Of a stretch of 64,000 bases of DNA, positions 8,142 through 18,330 are shown in pieces. The stretch's first letter is position 1; each line of letters begins with the position of its first letter. The notes beneath the pieces were generated by a model. That model made no database searches. It was not told the DNA's origin and was given only the letters and a program-made list of their open reading frames with translations. Made by a program: the position numbers and the translations under genes. The stretch comes from Candidatus Sungiibacteriota bacterium (GTDB taxonomy: Bacteria > Patescibacteriota > Minisyncoccia > Sungbacterales > JACQCQ01): assembly GCA_016201505.1 (NCBI GenBank), contig JACQCQ010000012.1, positions 10,187 through 74,186 of the forward strand, in the 5' to 3' direction.

Positions 8142-8660
8142 TCAGTATTCTATCCCCCGCTTGCCTTTAATGCCCGCTTGATACGGATGCTTCACCTCTT
8201 TCATTTCAGTAATTAAATCGGCGCGTCGTATCACTTCTTTGTCTGCATCCCTGCCGGTCAAAACTAAATGCTTGTCTTTAGGGAACGCGTCAATAAATCG
8301 AAGCACACTCTCAAGCGAAATTAAATTAAGAGCGAGGGCATTGTTGATTTCATCTAAAATGAGCATATCCCAATTGGCTTCCTTTGTTTCTTTCTCCGCC
8401 ATGAGAAGAGCCTCACGAGCGGCAGTTTCATGCGCTTCTCGCGGCAGCGAGTCACCCAGGATGCCGACAAATCCCCTGCCCATTTTGCGCAACAGAAAAT
8501 TAGGCGCGAGTAATTTAGCTGACTCATCCTCGCCCGATTTCCAGGGGCCTTTGATAAACTGAATCATCAAAACTTTTTTCCCCTCACCGACCGCCCGCAA
8601 GGCTTGACCCAAGGCGGCGGTGGTTTTTCCTTTGCCGTTTCCAGTGTTTACGATGATCAT
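8142..8660 (-). CDS. btuR: Cob(I)alamin adenosyltransferase (CobA/CobO/BtuR family)
   Basis: TGNGKGKTTAALG, QFIKG, LDEI, LTGR and KHPY...GIEY. Confidence 0.95.
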   Translation of the reverse strand: MIIVNTGNGKGKTTAALGQALRAVGEGKKVLMIQFIKGPWKSGEDESAKLLAPNFLLRKMGRGFVGILGDSLPREAHETAAREALLMAEKETKEANWDMLILDEINNALALNLISLESVLRFIDAFPKDKHLVLTGRDADKEVIRRADLITEMKEVKHPYQAGIKGKRGIEY

Positions 8661-8908
8661 AATTTTAAACTAAAGGCGCGATCTGTATGAGATCACGCCC
8701 CTCCCAAGCCCGCCTAAATCTTTACCAAAAAAACTTAGGCGGACCAAGGAAATTTTTTATTTAAACAAAGCACAGAGCGTCACCTTGAGAAAGCCTCAAG
8801 CGAAGGATAGATTTTTCTTCATCGGGCTGGCGGCGGGATCATATGCCTAGCTCGCCTTGGCGAGCATCTAGCAATATAGGCGTGAAGAAAAATTTGTCCG
8901 AGCGTCCT

Positions 8909-11647
8909 TCAGCAGCCGCCGGAGGCCATCCCGCATTGCAGACACGTCTTGCAACTTCCGGTCTGCACCATCATGCCGCCGCACATCCGGCAGACCGTAT
9001 CGGAGAACACAATACGCACGTGAGATTTTTCAGCGGCGTGAATTTCATCCCTTATTTTCGTAATGGGTGCGAGCGTCGCCAGCGGTTCGCTCGCCGCCGC
9101 CTGGTGCTCTTCGGCTGTTCGAGTATCAATACCCAGTTCAAACCAACTCTCTTTCGGCAGAAATCGATAGGCCAGATAACGGAAAATATAATCGGTGATT
9201 GACAAAGCCACGGGAATATCGGGATTTTCGGTGACACCCGCCGGCTCATAGCGGCCGTAAATATATTTCGAAGCCAGCTCTTTTAATGGCACGCCATATC
9301 TCAGCGCAATCGAAATCGAGAGCGCGAATACGTCAAGCAGTCCGGCGAGCGTCGAGCCCTGCTTGGCAATGCGGATAAAAATTTCAGCCAGCGTCCCGTC
9401 TTCGAACATCGAATAGGTTAAATACCCATCGTGCCCGGCGATCGAGAACTTATGCGTTTCGGATTGCCTCGTCGTCGGGAGCGCCCTTTTTTGCGGCTCG
9501 AGTTTCAAGGTCTGCTGGCCGCCTTTACCCGAGATAGTGGCGAGAGGTTGAGCGCCTTTTGACCCGTCACGGTAGATGGCGAAGGCTTTAATCCCCATCT
9601 TCCAAGCCATGACATATGAGTCCATGATTTCTTCCGGTGTCGTTTCATACGGCATGTTAAATGTTTTGGAAATGGCGCCGGAAATAAATGACTGGGCAGC
9701 GGCCACGACGCGAACATGTCCTGGCCAGGCAATGGAACGCTTGCCGTTACCCGGAGCGACGGCCGCGTCAAAAATCGGGAGATGCGAATCTTTCAAATGC
9801 GGCGCGCCCTCAATCGTTCCTTTTTCTTCCACCCAATGAAGCATGTCTTCAATTTCGCCCGCCGAGTATCCCAGAGTTTTTAAGGCCCGCGGCACCACAC
9901 GATTTACAATCTTCATATACCCGCCGCCGACTAATTGCTTCATGGCGATATGGGCGAATACCGGTTCGATGCCCGTCGTGTCGCAGTCCATCATAAATGA
10001 AATCGTGCCGGTCGGCGCAATCACCGTCGCCTGCGCATTGCGAACGCCATACTGCTTCCCCAGTTTTACGGCCTCGTCCCAGACTTCTTTCGCCGCGCGA
10101 AAGACGTTCTGGTCATGGATTTTTTCTTTTTTAACTTTGGCCAGTTCCGCGCGATGCTTCTCAAGCACCCGCAGCATCGGTTTTTTGTTTATCTCAAATC
10201 CGGCGAACGGCCCCACCCGCGAGGCGAGCACCGCCGACTGCCGATAGGCTTCACCCGTCATAATGGCGGTTAATGCGCCTGTCCAGGCAACGGATTCTTC
10301 CGAATCATAGGCGTATCCCATCGACATCAGGAGTGCGCCGAGATTGGCATAGCCGAGGCCGAGTTGTCTAAAATCGTGCGTATTTTTAGCAATCGCTTCG
10401 GTCGGGTACGACGAGCCGTCCACCAGAATTTCTTGCGCCGAAATCATGATGCGAATGGTGTGGCGGTAGAGATCCGCATTAAAAGTGTTATCGTCGCGCA
10501 AATATTTCAGCAGATTAATCGAAGCCAAATTGCAGGCCGAATTATCAATGTGCTGATACTCGGCGCAGGGGTTGGTGGCGTTAATCCGGGCGGTATTGGC
10601 GGCGGTATTCCAGTCGTTGGCCGTATCGTCAAACATCATGCCGGGATCCCCCGAGCCCCAAGCGGCTTCGGCAATCAGCTGCATTAAGTCACGGGCGCGA
10701 TGGGTATCGGCAATTTCGCCCGTGGTGCGGTATTTCGTATGGAATTCGCCGTCAACTTCAAAAGCCCGCATGAATTCATCCGTGACACGCACCGAGTTAT
10801 TGGCATTCTGGTACTGAATCGAATTCCAGGCCTCATGATTTAAGTCAGCCATATCGTAACCCGCAGCCGACAGCGCCCGGACTTTCTTTTCTTCCTCGGC
10901 TTTGCTTTTTATAAATTCAACGATATCCGGATGATCAATATTTAAAATCACCATTTTGGCAGCCCTACGTGTGGTACCGCCCGACTTAATCATGCCGGCC
11001 ACCGAGTCCGCGCCGCGCATAAATGACATCGGCCCTGAACTGCGTCCGCCCTTGGATAAAGGCTCGCGGGATGATCGCAATTGAGATAGGTTCACGCCTG
11101 ACCCGGAACCCATTTTAAAAATCATGCCCTCGGTTCTAATCCACTCCAGAATGGATTCCATCGAGTCATCCACTTTCAAAATGAAACAGGCCGAACATTG
11201 CGGTTTTTCATAAATGCCGAGGTTAAACCAAACCGGCGAATTAAATGCGGCGTGCTGATGCAATAAAATGTAGGTCAGCTCATCGCCAAAAATTTTGGCT
11301 TCCTCTTTGCTTTTAAAATGTCCGAAAGACTGGCCCCAGCCGACAATGGTACGCACCACGCGATCAATTAATTGTTTTAAAGATTTTTCGCGGGTTGCCG
11401 TATCGGCTTTGCCTTTAAAATATTTTGTGACTGCAATTTGGACCGCGTTGTCCGACCAAAAATCAGGAAATTCATTTTCCGTTTCGACTGTGGTGCCATC
11501 GGCTTTCTTCATCGTCACTTTTTTCCAGACCCAACCGACTTCATCGTAGGGATGCGCGCCCTCTTTGGTATACACACGCAAAAAGCGCGCGGCGGGCAGG
11601 TCGAGTGAAGACCGATTTTCATCGGTGCGGACTTTAGTTTGGGGCAT
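8909..11647 (-). CDS. nrdJ: Class II (B12-dependent) ribonucleotide reductase with C-terminal TSCPD/Zn-ribbon region
   Basis: FNSPVWFN, CSAC, TNPCAEY, CNLASINL, APTGTIS and C-terminal CxxC..CxxCxxC. Confidence 0.97.
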   Translation of the reverse strand: MPQTKVRTDENRSSLDLPAARFLRVYTKEGAHPYDEVGWVWKKVTMKKADGTTVETENEFPDFWSDNAVQIAVTKYFKGKADTATREKSLKQLIDRVVRTIVGWGQSFGHFKSKEEAKIFGDELTYILLHQHAAFNSPVWFNLGIYEKPQCSACFILKVDDSMESILEWIRTEGMIFKMGSGSGVNLSQLRSSREPLSKGGRSSGPMSFMRGADSVAGMIKSGGTTRRAAKMVILNIDHPDIVEFIKSKAEEEKKVRALSAAGYDMADLNHEAWNSIQYQNANNSVRVTDEFMRAFEVDGEFHTKYRTTGEIADTHRARDLMQLIAEAAWGSGDPGMMFDDTANDWNTAANTARINATNPCAEYQHIDNSACNLASINLLKYLRDDNTFNADLYRHTIRIMISAQEILVDGSSYPTEAIAKNTHDFRQLGLGYANLGALLMSMGYAYDSEESVAWTGALTAIMTGEAYRQSAVLASRVGPFAGFEINKKPMLRVLEKHRAELAKVKKEKIHDQNVFRAAKEVWDEAVKLGKQYGVRNAQATVIAPTGTISFMMDCDTTGIEPVFAHIAMKQLVGGGYMKIVNRVVPRALKTLGYSAGEIEDMLHWVEEKGTIEGAPHLKDSHLPIFDAAVAPGNGKRSIAWPGHVRVVAAAQSFISGAISKTFNMPYETTPEEIMDSYVMAWKMGIKAFAIYRDGSKGAQPLATISGKGGQQTLKLEPQKRALPTTRQSETHKFSIAGHDGYLTYSMFEDGTLAEIFIRIAKQGSTLAGLLDVFALSISIALRYGVPLKELASKYIYGRYEPAGVTENPDIPVALSITDYIFRYLAYRFLPKESWFELGIDTRTAEEHQAAASEPLATLAPITKIRDEIHAAEKSHVRIVFSDTVCRMCGGMMVQTGSCKTCLQCGMASGGC

Positions 11648-11905
11648 AGGTTAAAAATTCTGCAGTGGATACGATCCGGCGGGTATTTTTTAGATAAAAA
11701 AACACCATCAGGCGATGAGTCTTGATCTTCATCGAACAAAATTGGTGTGTCTCCATCATAATCGTGAATCTTTTTTCTTGAATCCGACCTTCCAAAAAAT
11801 TTGCGACTCGCCGAACCTACGACACGAACGCTTCACTGCCAACTGTAAAAGAATAATGAAAAGGTATAGGTATGATACGCCGATGACCCCGGCCGGCAAT
11901 CGGCC

Positions 11906-11914
11906 TTATCCACA
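11906..11914 (+). promoter_or_regulatory. Perfect DnaA box upstream of nrdJ
   Basis: TTATCCACA in the ftsZ-nrdJ intergenic region. Confidence 0.5.
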
Positions 11915-11950
11915 GAAAAATTCATACAAGTATGAAAAATCTAGCTCCAA

Positions 11951-11986
11951 AACAAAAATACCCCGCCGCGGCGGGGTATTTTTGTT
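11951..11986. terminator. Intrinsic terminator after ftsZ
   Basis: aacaaaaataccccgcc-gc-ggcggggtatttttgtt. Confidence 0.85.
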
Positions 11987-11989
11987 AAA

Positions 11990-13090
11990 TCACTTCTTTC
12001 TCCGCAAGAATGCCGGCACGGCGTCCCACTCGTCTTGTTTTTCTTCAGTCGCCTCTTGGCGCACCTCGCGTTTTTGCAAATCGGTGGCAAACATCGGCAT
12101 GCGGCGCATCTCGGCCTTCTCTTCGCGACGCGCCTCAGACGGAAAACCGGTGGCGATCACCGTAATCTTCACTTCTCCCTTCTTTAATCTCTCATCATGC
12201 ACCGCACCAAAGATGATTTTTGCCTCTTTGTCTACATTTTCTGTAATGACTTTGGCGGCGTCGTTAATTTCCCACATCGTAAGGTCCTGATTTCCCGCAA
12301 TATTGAATACCACACCCCGCGCACCATCAATTGACATATCGAGTAGGGGCGAATTGATGGCATTTTTGGCGGCCTCAACCGCGCGATCGTCTCCCGAGGC
12401 CGTCCCCACACCCATCAACGCCGAACCGGCGTCATGCAGTACTGCGCGAATGTCGGCAAAATCAAGATTTACAATTCCCGGCAACGTAATCAAATCCGAA
12501 ATTCCCTGAACGGCCTGTCGCAAAACTTCATCGCACATATCGAAGGCGGTCAGCAGCGAAGTCTCCCGCGTAATAATTTTTAACAAATTATCGTTCTTGA
12601 TGGTGATTAAGGCATCCACACGCTCTTTTAATTGAGCAATGCCTTCTTCCGCCACGCGCATTCTTTGCGCTCCTTCAAAAGCAAAGGGTGTCGTTGTCAC
12701 TCCAATCGTCAGTGCGCCCGACTGCTTGGCCACATCGGCGATGACCGGACCGCATCCGGTGAATGTTCCGCCGCCCATGCCGCCGACGACAAAAACCATG
12801 TCGGCTCCCTTCATGACTTCGTGAATCTCATCGCGATTTTCTTCTGCGGCTTGGCGGCCGCGATCCGGATCCATGCCGGTGCCAAGACCTCTGGTTAAAT
12901 TTTTTCCGATGTGGATTTTTTTATTGGCTTTGGTGTGATGCAAATCCTGCGCATCAGTATTAATCGCAATAAACTGAACGCCCTGCAGCTTATGCTCCAC
13001 CATGCGAGTCACGGCCTTGCCGCCGGAGCCTCCAGCTCCCACCACTTTAATACGGGCGGACGTCTCTAAATCTGGTTTTGTTTGTGGCAT
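11990..13090 (-). CDS. ftsZ: Cell division protein FtsZ
   Basis: GMGGGTFTG, NLDFADI and C-terminal VPAFLRRK. Confidence 0.99.
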   Translation of the reverse strand: MPQTKPDLETSARIKVVGAGGSGGKAVTRMVEHKLQGVQFIAINTDAQDLHHTKANKKIHIGKNLTRGLGTGMDPDRGRQAAEENRDEIHEVMKGADMVFVVGGMGGGTFTGCGPVIADVAKQSGALTIGVTTTPFAFEGAQRMRVAEEGIAQLKERVDALITIKNDNLLKIITRETSLLTAFDMCDEVLRQAVQGISDLITLPGIVNLDFADIRAVLHDAGSALMGVGTASGDDRAVEAAKNAINSPLLDMSIDGARGVVFNIAGNQDLTMWEINDAAKVITENVDKEAKIIFGAVHDERLKKGEVKITVIATGFPSEARREEKAEMRRMPMFATDLQKREVRQEATEEKQDEWDAVPAFLRRKK

Positions 13091-13258
13091 ATAAAAAATA
13101 AAAGCCCCTTGACAGAGCCTGATAGAAGTTATCTGATATCGGCTCCGAAAGCCCTTTTCTCTGAATGCTAAAGATACCCCACCTTAGCACACCCGGCTTT
13201 ATGTCTGCAACGATCTCGGCGGTCATGCTCTATCTCTATATGAAGCCAAATCAAGCCG

Positions 13259-13267
13259 TTATCCACA
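13259..13267 (+). promoter_or_regulatory. Perfect DnaA box between ftsA and ftsZ
   Basis: TTATCCACA in the intergenic region. Confidence 0.5.
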
Positions 13268-13284
13268 AAAAAGTAACAGCCCAG

Positions 13285-14517
13285 CTAGGGAAATAACAGG
13301 CTGTAGAGCTTCTTTAACCATGAGGGAGCCCCGCCACCTTCCACGTCGGCCAGCGATAGGAGAGATTCACTGCTTTTTGTGCGTCTCCATTCGAGTAGTC
13401 CAATGGCGGTGGCCAGTTGTGCACGGTCTCGCTCATGGACATATTCGGAAAAACTCTTTAAATCGCCAAGCTCGCAGGGTAGATGCAACTCGCGTTTGGC
13501 AATCTGCAAAACACCAGGGATGCGCGACCCTCCGCCAATTAACACCGCGCCCGCCGGCAATAACTGTGTTTTATTTATTTTTTTAATTTCTTTATTGACT
13601 AATTCAAAAATATCGGAAAATCTGGCCTCAATAATTTCCGCAATCTCGCGGCGCGGAAATACGGCGTCATCTTCTGCGACGAATTCAGATAAGTGAATCG
13701 ATTCCTTTTTTGAAATTTCTTCGGGGATAGCGTGGCCGTATTTTAATTTAATCAATTCGGCAACATCCACGCGCGTCTGCAGGACGATGGCAATGTCATT
13801 GGTAATGTGCGCCGTGCCGTAGGGAAATCCGCCGGCATGCACCAACCTGCCTTCTTCAAAGACAGCGAAGTTTGTCGTCCCCCCGCCGATGTCAATTAAA
13901 ATGACGCCAAGTTCCTTCTGCCGTTTTGAGAGCACCGCGGCTGCCGAGGCGAGAGGAGAGAAAACAAATTCCGTAATTTTACATCCCGCCGCCTCGATGC
14001 ATTTTGATAAATTACGAATGGCAGAAACGGACGCATCAACAATCAAGGCGTCGACCTCAAGCCGCACGCCGTTCATGCCCACTGGATCTTTAATTCCGCC
14101 CTCATTATCAACCCGGAATTCTCTAGGGATAATATGCAAAATTTCTCGATTGGGATTTTTCGGAATAAAGGTCTCGGCGGCCGAAAGCACGCGCCGTACA
14201 TCTTCCTCCGAGACGTCGCCATCAGCCCGCGAAACAGCCACCACTCCGCGAGAAGAGGAAACCAAGAGATGCGGCCCGCCGATGGAAACAAAGCAAGACT
14301 TGGGGGACAGGCCAGCTTCTTTGGCAGCCTCATAGAGGGCCACTTTAATCGAGTGTCCGGCTTCATCTAGGTCAATCACCGCTCCCTTTCTGATACCGGC
14401 TGCCGGCGCAATGCCGATGCCTAAAATGCGCGGCGTCTCATCCGGCTTACATTCAGCAATCAGGGCATGCACCATCGACGTACCCACATCGAGGGCGAGA
14501 ACTATATCCCGTGGCAT
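13285..14517 (-). CDS. ftsA: Cell division protein FtsA
   Basis: LDVGTS, DPVGMNGVRLE and IDIGGGTT; next to ftsZ. Confidence 0.98.
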   Translation of the reverse strand: MPRDIVLALDVGTSMVHALIAECKPDETPRILGIGIAPAAGIRKGAVIDLDEAGHSIKVALYEAAKEAGLSPKSCFVSIGGPHLLVSSSRGVVAVSRADGDVSEEDVRRVLSAAETFIPKNPNREILHIIPREFRVDNEGGIKDPVGMNGVRLEVDALIVDASVSAIRNLSKCIEAAGCKITEFVFSPLASAAAVLSKRQKELGVILIDIGGGTTNFAVFEEGRLVHAGGFPYGTAHITNDIAIVLQTRVDVAELIKLKYGHAIPEEISKKESIHLSEFVAEDDAVFPRREIAEIIEARFSDIFELVNKEIKKINKTQLLPAGAVLIGGGSRIPGVLQIAKRELHLPCELGDLKSFSEYVHERDRAQLATAIGLLEWRRTKSSESLLSLADVEGGGAPSWLKKLYSLLFP

Positions 14518-14526
14518 AGCAGAAGT

Positions 14527-15003
14527 CTACGTCCGGCGGGCGAGAATCCGGTTTTCCAGCGCCTCCATCTGCTTTTTTCCCCGCGCCCCTCGCTCGTGGT
14601 CGTAGCCTAATGTATGCAGAATACCATGGAGCGTAGTCCAGAAGAACTGTTGATAAAAGCTATTTTTAAACTTTTCGGCGTCTGTTTTCACGACCGCGGG
14701 AGCAATCACCATATCTCCTAAGTCGATGGTGCTCGGTGATGACGCGATGGCTTTTTGATCTTTATATTCAGCAAAAGATAAAACGTTGGTTGGTTTTTTT
14801 ATACGGCGGTATGTTTTATTTAATTGTTGAATTTCTGAATTTTTAACGAGTGAAATGCTGATCAGAATCTTCTTTTTTTTATGTAAAAAATGGAACTCCG
14901 GTTCATGCGCCAGTTCGCGAAAAATTGATCGAGCCATGCGGCGCGCAGTACGCGCGAGTCCGGGATTTCGGCACCGGTCAAAAATAGCAGCCGAAATGAT
15001 CAT
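14527..15003 (-). CDS. ybeY: rRNA maturation endoribonuclease YbeY
   Basis: LNKTYR..KPTNVLSF and HGILHTLGYDH. Confidence 0.95.
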   Translation of the reverse strand: MIISAAIFDRCRNPGLARTARRMARSIFRELAHEPEFHFLHKKKKILISISLVKNSEIQQLNKTYRRIKKPTNVLSFAEYKDQKAIASSPSTIDLGDMVIAPAVVKTDAEKFKNSFYQQFFWTTLHGILHTLGYDHERGARGKKQMEALENRILARRT

Positions 15004-15004
15004 G

Positions 15005-15481
15005 CTATATGCCAAGCGCTGATTTCACGGCTTTTTGCACATGGTCGCCGGATGCGCGCCCGGCAAGCTTTTTCATCACGAGTCCCATGACTTTCCCAAA
15101 TTGTTTTTGGTCCGCGCCAATTTCATGAATCACTTCGCGGACATATTGTTCTACTTCGGCATCATCGGCTTCTTTCGGAAGATACGCCCGCAGGAGCTCT
15201 GCCTCCTCTAACTCTTTTTGGGCGAGCTCTGGGCGCGCGCCTTTTTCATATGCTTCGGCCGACTCTTTTCGTTTTTTGACTTCGGTGCGCAACGCAGTCA
15301 CCACTTCCTCATCAGAAAGCGCGGCGTCTTCGGCCGGACCGCCGGCTTTGACCTGGGCGGCGCGTTTTTTGAGCGCTTTATTTTTGAGCACCGACTGGGC
15401 GAGACGCAATGTCGAGAGTAAAAACGCATTCCTGGCTTTCAGCGCCGCCTTTATATCGAGACTAATTTTTTCTTCAAGCAT
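15005..15481 (-). CDS. GatB/YqeY domain protein
   Basis: EVKKRKESAEAYEKGAR..LAQKE..E..L..YLP and GKVMG; follows rpsU. Confidence 0.93.
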   Translation of the reverse strand: MLEEKISLDIKAALKARNAFLLSTLRLAQSVLKNKALKKRAAQVKAGGPAEDAALSDEEVVTALRTEVKKRKESAEAYEKGARPELAQKELEEAELLRAYLPKEADDAEVEQYVREVIHEIGADQKQFGKVMGLVMKKLAGRASGDHVQKAVKSALGI

Positions 15482-15500
15482 GGAAAACCAAAAATCGGAA

Positions 15501-15737
15501 TTACCTCCCGACTTTCTTTTCATCCTTTAATTTTCCCAATTTTTCTAATTTCGAGCGTTCTTTTCTCTTTTGCAGACGGCGCAGAGCGCTGTCGCGTTTT
15601 TTAATTTTCGTCGGGGGCTTGGCGTAAAATCGAGTCTTGCGGGCATCTTTTAAAACACCGGACATCTGCACCCGGCGGGTAAATCGGCGCAGCAGCGCGC
15701 CAAACGTTTCCTTTTCTTTTCTGCGTACCTCTACCAT
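15501..15737 (-). CDS. rpsU: 30S ribosomal protein S21
   Basis: MVEVRRKEKETFGALLRRFTRRVQMSGVL...RFYAKPP; HIT-rpsU-yqeY context. Confidence 0.85.
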   Translation of the reverse strand: MVEVRRKEKETFGALLRRFTRRVQMSGVLKDARKTRFYAKPPTKIKKRDSALRRLQKRKERSKLEKLGKLKDEKKVGR

Positions 15738-15765
15738 GAGTATTTTGTTCTTTGTATGCTGGTTT

Positions 15766-16122
15766 TTATTCTTTAAACGGAGCAACGGCATCAGGCGAAC
15801 CGCCCTCCCAGCCGCCGAGTAAATGCAGATGCAAATGATCAACGACTTGGCCGCCTTCGCGGCCGACATTAAATAGAAGTTTATAGCCCTTTAAGCGCTC
15901 GGAGGTTGCGATGTCTTTGGCCGTATAAACGAGCTTTGAGATGAGCGAGGCTTCGGCGGATTCAATATGATGGATCGAGTCTATGTGCTTTTTCGGGATA
16001 ATCAGCACATGCACCGGGGCCTTGGGGTGTATATCGCGAAAGGCCAAAACTTCGTTATCGGCGAATACCGTGTCCGATGGTAGCTCACTTTTTGAAATTT
16101 TGCAAAAGATGCAATCGGTCAT
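15766..16122 (-). CDS. HIT family nucleotide-binding protein
   Basis: DCIFCKI, DIHPKAPVHVLIIPKKH and HLHLHLLGG. Confidence 0.97.
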   Translation of the reverse strand: MTDCIFCKISKSELPSDTVFADNEVLAFRDIHPKAPVHVLIIPKKHIDSIHHIESAEASLISKLVYTAKDIATSERLKGYKLLFNVGREGGQVVDHLHLHLLGGWEGGSPDAVAPFKE

Positions 16123-16128
16123 GCGTAC

Positions 16129-16198
16129 ATCATCGAATAACTAATCTTTTGCGAATATGCGAATTCGTTTATTCGTTTGAGATTCGAGATTCGCTGAT
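16129..16198. repeat. Gene-less palindromic copy of the GxxExxY-flanking arms
   Basis: 16129-16164 matches 593-628 at 28/36; 16163-16198 matches 1030-1065 at 32/36; the arms share a central AT within cgaATtcg. Confidence 0.9.
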
Positions 16199-16217
16199 AC
16201 TTATCACTAATAGCGTA

Positions 16218-17534
16218 TCACTTCTTCAATCTCTTTTTAAGTAAATCGATCAACTTATCCTGCGGAATAATTTCCTGAATGCCCGAATCCATTTCACGCA
16301 CCATCACCGTCCCGTCGATGGCTTCTTTTTGGCCGATAATCAGTCCAATCTCGGCCGAAACTTTTTGCGACAGGTGCAGCTGGGATTTAATACTATCTTT
16401 CCCGAGCGATTCATAAACCAGAATACCGGCTTTCCTAAGCTCTTCCATCAAAGATAAACTTTTTCTTTTCGCCAAGTCACCTAACTGAATTAAAATCACT
16501 TTCGGCTTGCTCGTATTAATCACCCGAATGCCCCGCTCGCGGATAACCTGCATGACGCGCTGAATGCCGATGGTCCCGCCGACTGCTGGCGTCGGAACGC
16601 CGCCCAATGTCTCAATTAAATCATCATACCGGCCGCCCGAGCCGATGGCCAAAACTTCTGAATCTTTGCGCGGCTCTTGGGCGTTCGGATCTTCAGCCAC
16701 AAATATTTCAAACAGCGTCCGGGTGTAATAATCAACGCCCTTTACCAAATATGGATTTAAAATATAGGGAATCTTGGACTCATCCAGAAATTCAAGTACC
16801 TGTTTAAAATGCGATTTACAGGGTTGGCATAAGTGATCAATGATGTTGGGTGCCTGTTCCTTTAAAATCGCGCACTTTTCATCGCGGCATTCGAGTACTT
16901 TTAACGGATTGTCTTTTAACTTGACACGACAGGAGCGGCAGATTTTAGCGACTTTGGGCCGATAATAATTGCCGAGCTGCGCTCGGATGATGCCCCGGCA
17001 TTCGCGGCATCCCAGACTGTTGATATGGATGAAAATATCGCGGATGCCGATTTCGGCCAGCAAAACAAACAGCACCTGCATGATGGTCGCATCTCCCACT
17101 GGCGATCCTTCGCCCAGCATTTCAAGCCCCCATTGATGAAATTCACGAAACCAGCCGCGCTCGATGACATCGTGCCGGAACATGGAACCTTGATAGGTCA
17201 ATTTCACCGGCTGCGGCAAATGGGCGAAATCATTTTGAATATACGATCGCGCCGCCGAAATACGCGCATCGGGTCGCAACGATAAGGTTTCGCCGTCTTT
17301 GGTCTTTAAAATGTAGAGCTGTTTTTTGGCGAGATCGCTTCTCTTGCCTAAGCCGGTAAGAAACAGCGCCGGATCTTCGATATGGGGAAACTCGACATGC
17401 TCAAAACCATAGAATTGAGAAATGGCTCTCGCCATCGACATAATACGATCCCACAGCCGCACGTCATCACCGTAAAAATCTTTGGTCCCGCGAAGCGCCA
17501 GAAATTCCTTTTGTTTTTTTGCGGATTGCGCCAT
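16218..17534 (-). CDS. hisS: Histidine--tRNA ligase
   Basis: RGTKDF, LRPD, REFHQ, VKGVDYYTRTLFE and GSGGRYD. Confidence 0.97.
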   Translation of the reverse strand: MAQSAKKQKEFLALRGTKDFYGDDVRLWDRIMSMARAISQFYGFEHVEFPHIEDPALFLTGLGKRSDLAKKQLYILKTKDGETLSLRPDARISAARSYIQNDFAHLPQPVKLTYQGSMFRHDVIERGWFREFHQWGLEMLGEGSPVGDATIMQVLFVLLAEIGIRDIFIHINSLGCRECRGIIRAQLGNYYRPKVAKICRSCRVKLKDNPLKVLECRDEKCAILKEQAPNIIDHLCQPCKSHFKQVLEFLDESKIPYILNPYLVKGVDYYTRTLFEIFVAEDPNAQEPRKDSEVLAIGSGGRYDDLIETLGGVPTPAVGGTIGIQRVMQVIRERGIRVINTSKPKVILIQLGDLAKRKSLSLMEELRKAGILVYESLGKDSIKSQLHLSQKVSAEIGLIIGQKEAIDGTVMVREMDSGIQEIIPQDKLIDLLKKRLKK

Positions 17535-17537
17535 AAA

Positions 17538-18125
17538 TTAATAAGCAGGCGTATGCACCAGGCCGGCTTCAGAAACAGGCCAGGCGCGAAGCGCCGCGCG
17601 GCCGGTAATTAAATCTCCGGGTAACACGCCCCATTTTCGCGAATCGAGTGAAAATGTTCGATTATCGCCCATCACGAAATATTGATCTGGGCCAAGCGTT
17701 ATTGAAGTCAAATCGCTGATGGTCGAAAGCCCCTTCGGCAAATACGGCTCACCCAACTCTTTGGGCACCCTGGATCCCGGCTCGGTAATAAAAACTTTCC
17801 CGCCGGCAATCGTTACGGTTTCCCCGGGCAGACCAATCACGCGTTTAATAAAATACTGCGACTCATCAAGCGGGAATTTAAACACAACCACATCGCCTCG
17901 CGCGGGCGCGTGCAGATGATAGCTCAACTCATCAATGATCAAGTAATTGCTCTCCTGAAAATTCGGCTCCATCGAGGCACCTTTTACAATAAACGGCTGG
18001 GCAACGAAATAGCGAATGGGAATCACAATCACCACCGCCACAATCAAAATTTTTACAAAATCCCAGGCTTCGCGAACTACACTTTTCCCATTCGAGGCCG
18101 CTTCTTCAGGCTCTTTTTCATCCAT
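17538..18125 (-). CDS. lepB: Signal peptidase I
   Basis: GASMEP, FIKRVIGLPGE and MGDNR..SLDSR. Confidence 0.97.
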   Translation of the reverse strand: MDEKEPEEAASNGKSVVREAWDFVKILIVAVVIVIPIRYFVAQPFIVKGASMEPNFQESNYLIIDELSYHLHAPARGDVVVFKFPLDESQYFIKRVIGLPGETVTIAGGKVFITEPGSRVPKELGEPYLPKGLSTISDLTSITLGPDQYFVMGDNRTFSLDSRKWGVLPGDLITGRAALRAWPVSEAGLVHTPAY

Positions 18126-18330
18126 ACCCGGTCAGTGAAACCCAGCAGTAGAGCATATGCTCACCACTGGGCAAGCTTCAAATTATGATTAAATAAGTAT
18201 TTACACCCCGGCGTGAGAAGCGAAGCCCAGTATGATACGAAGTATTCGTGCTGGGGTTTCCCTGCCGGGCATAAAATCTAAAGGATAAGCTATAGTAACC
18301 CGAAAATGGCCTCATTTCAAGCCCCAGGGC

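Noticed and set aside
11648-11950. Cobalamin riboswitch or NrdR boxes upstream of nrdJ
   Set aside because: I could not find a B12-box or a convincing NrdR palindrome.
11906-13267. Replication origin
   Set aside because: Only two isolated DnaA boxes, no cluster, and no dnaA or dnaN nearby.
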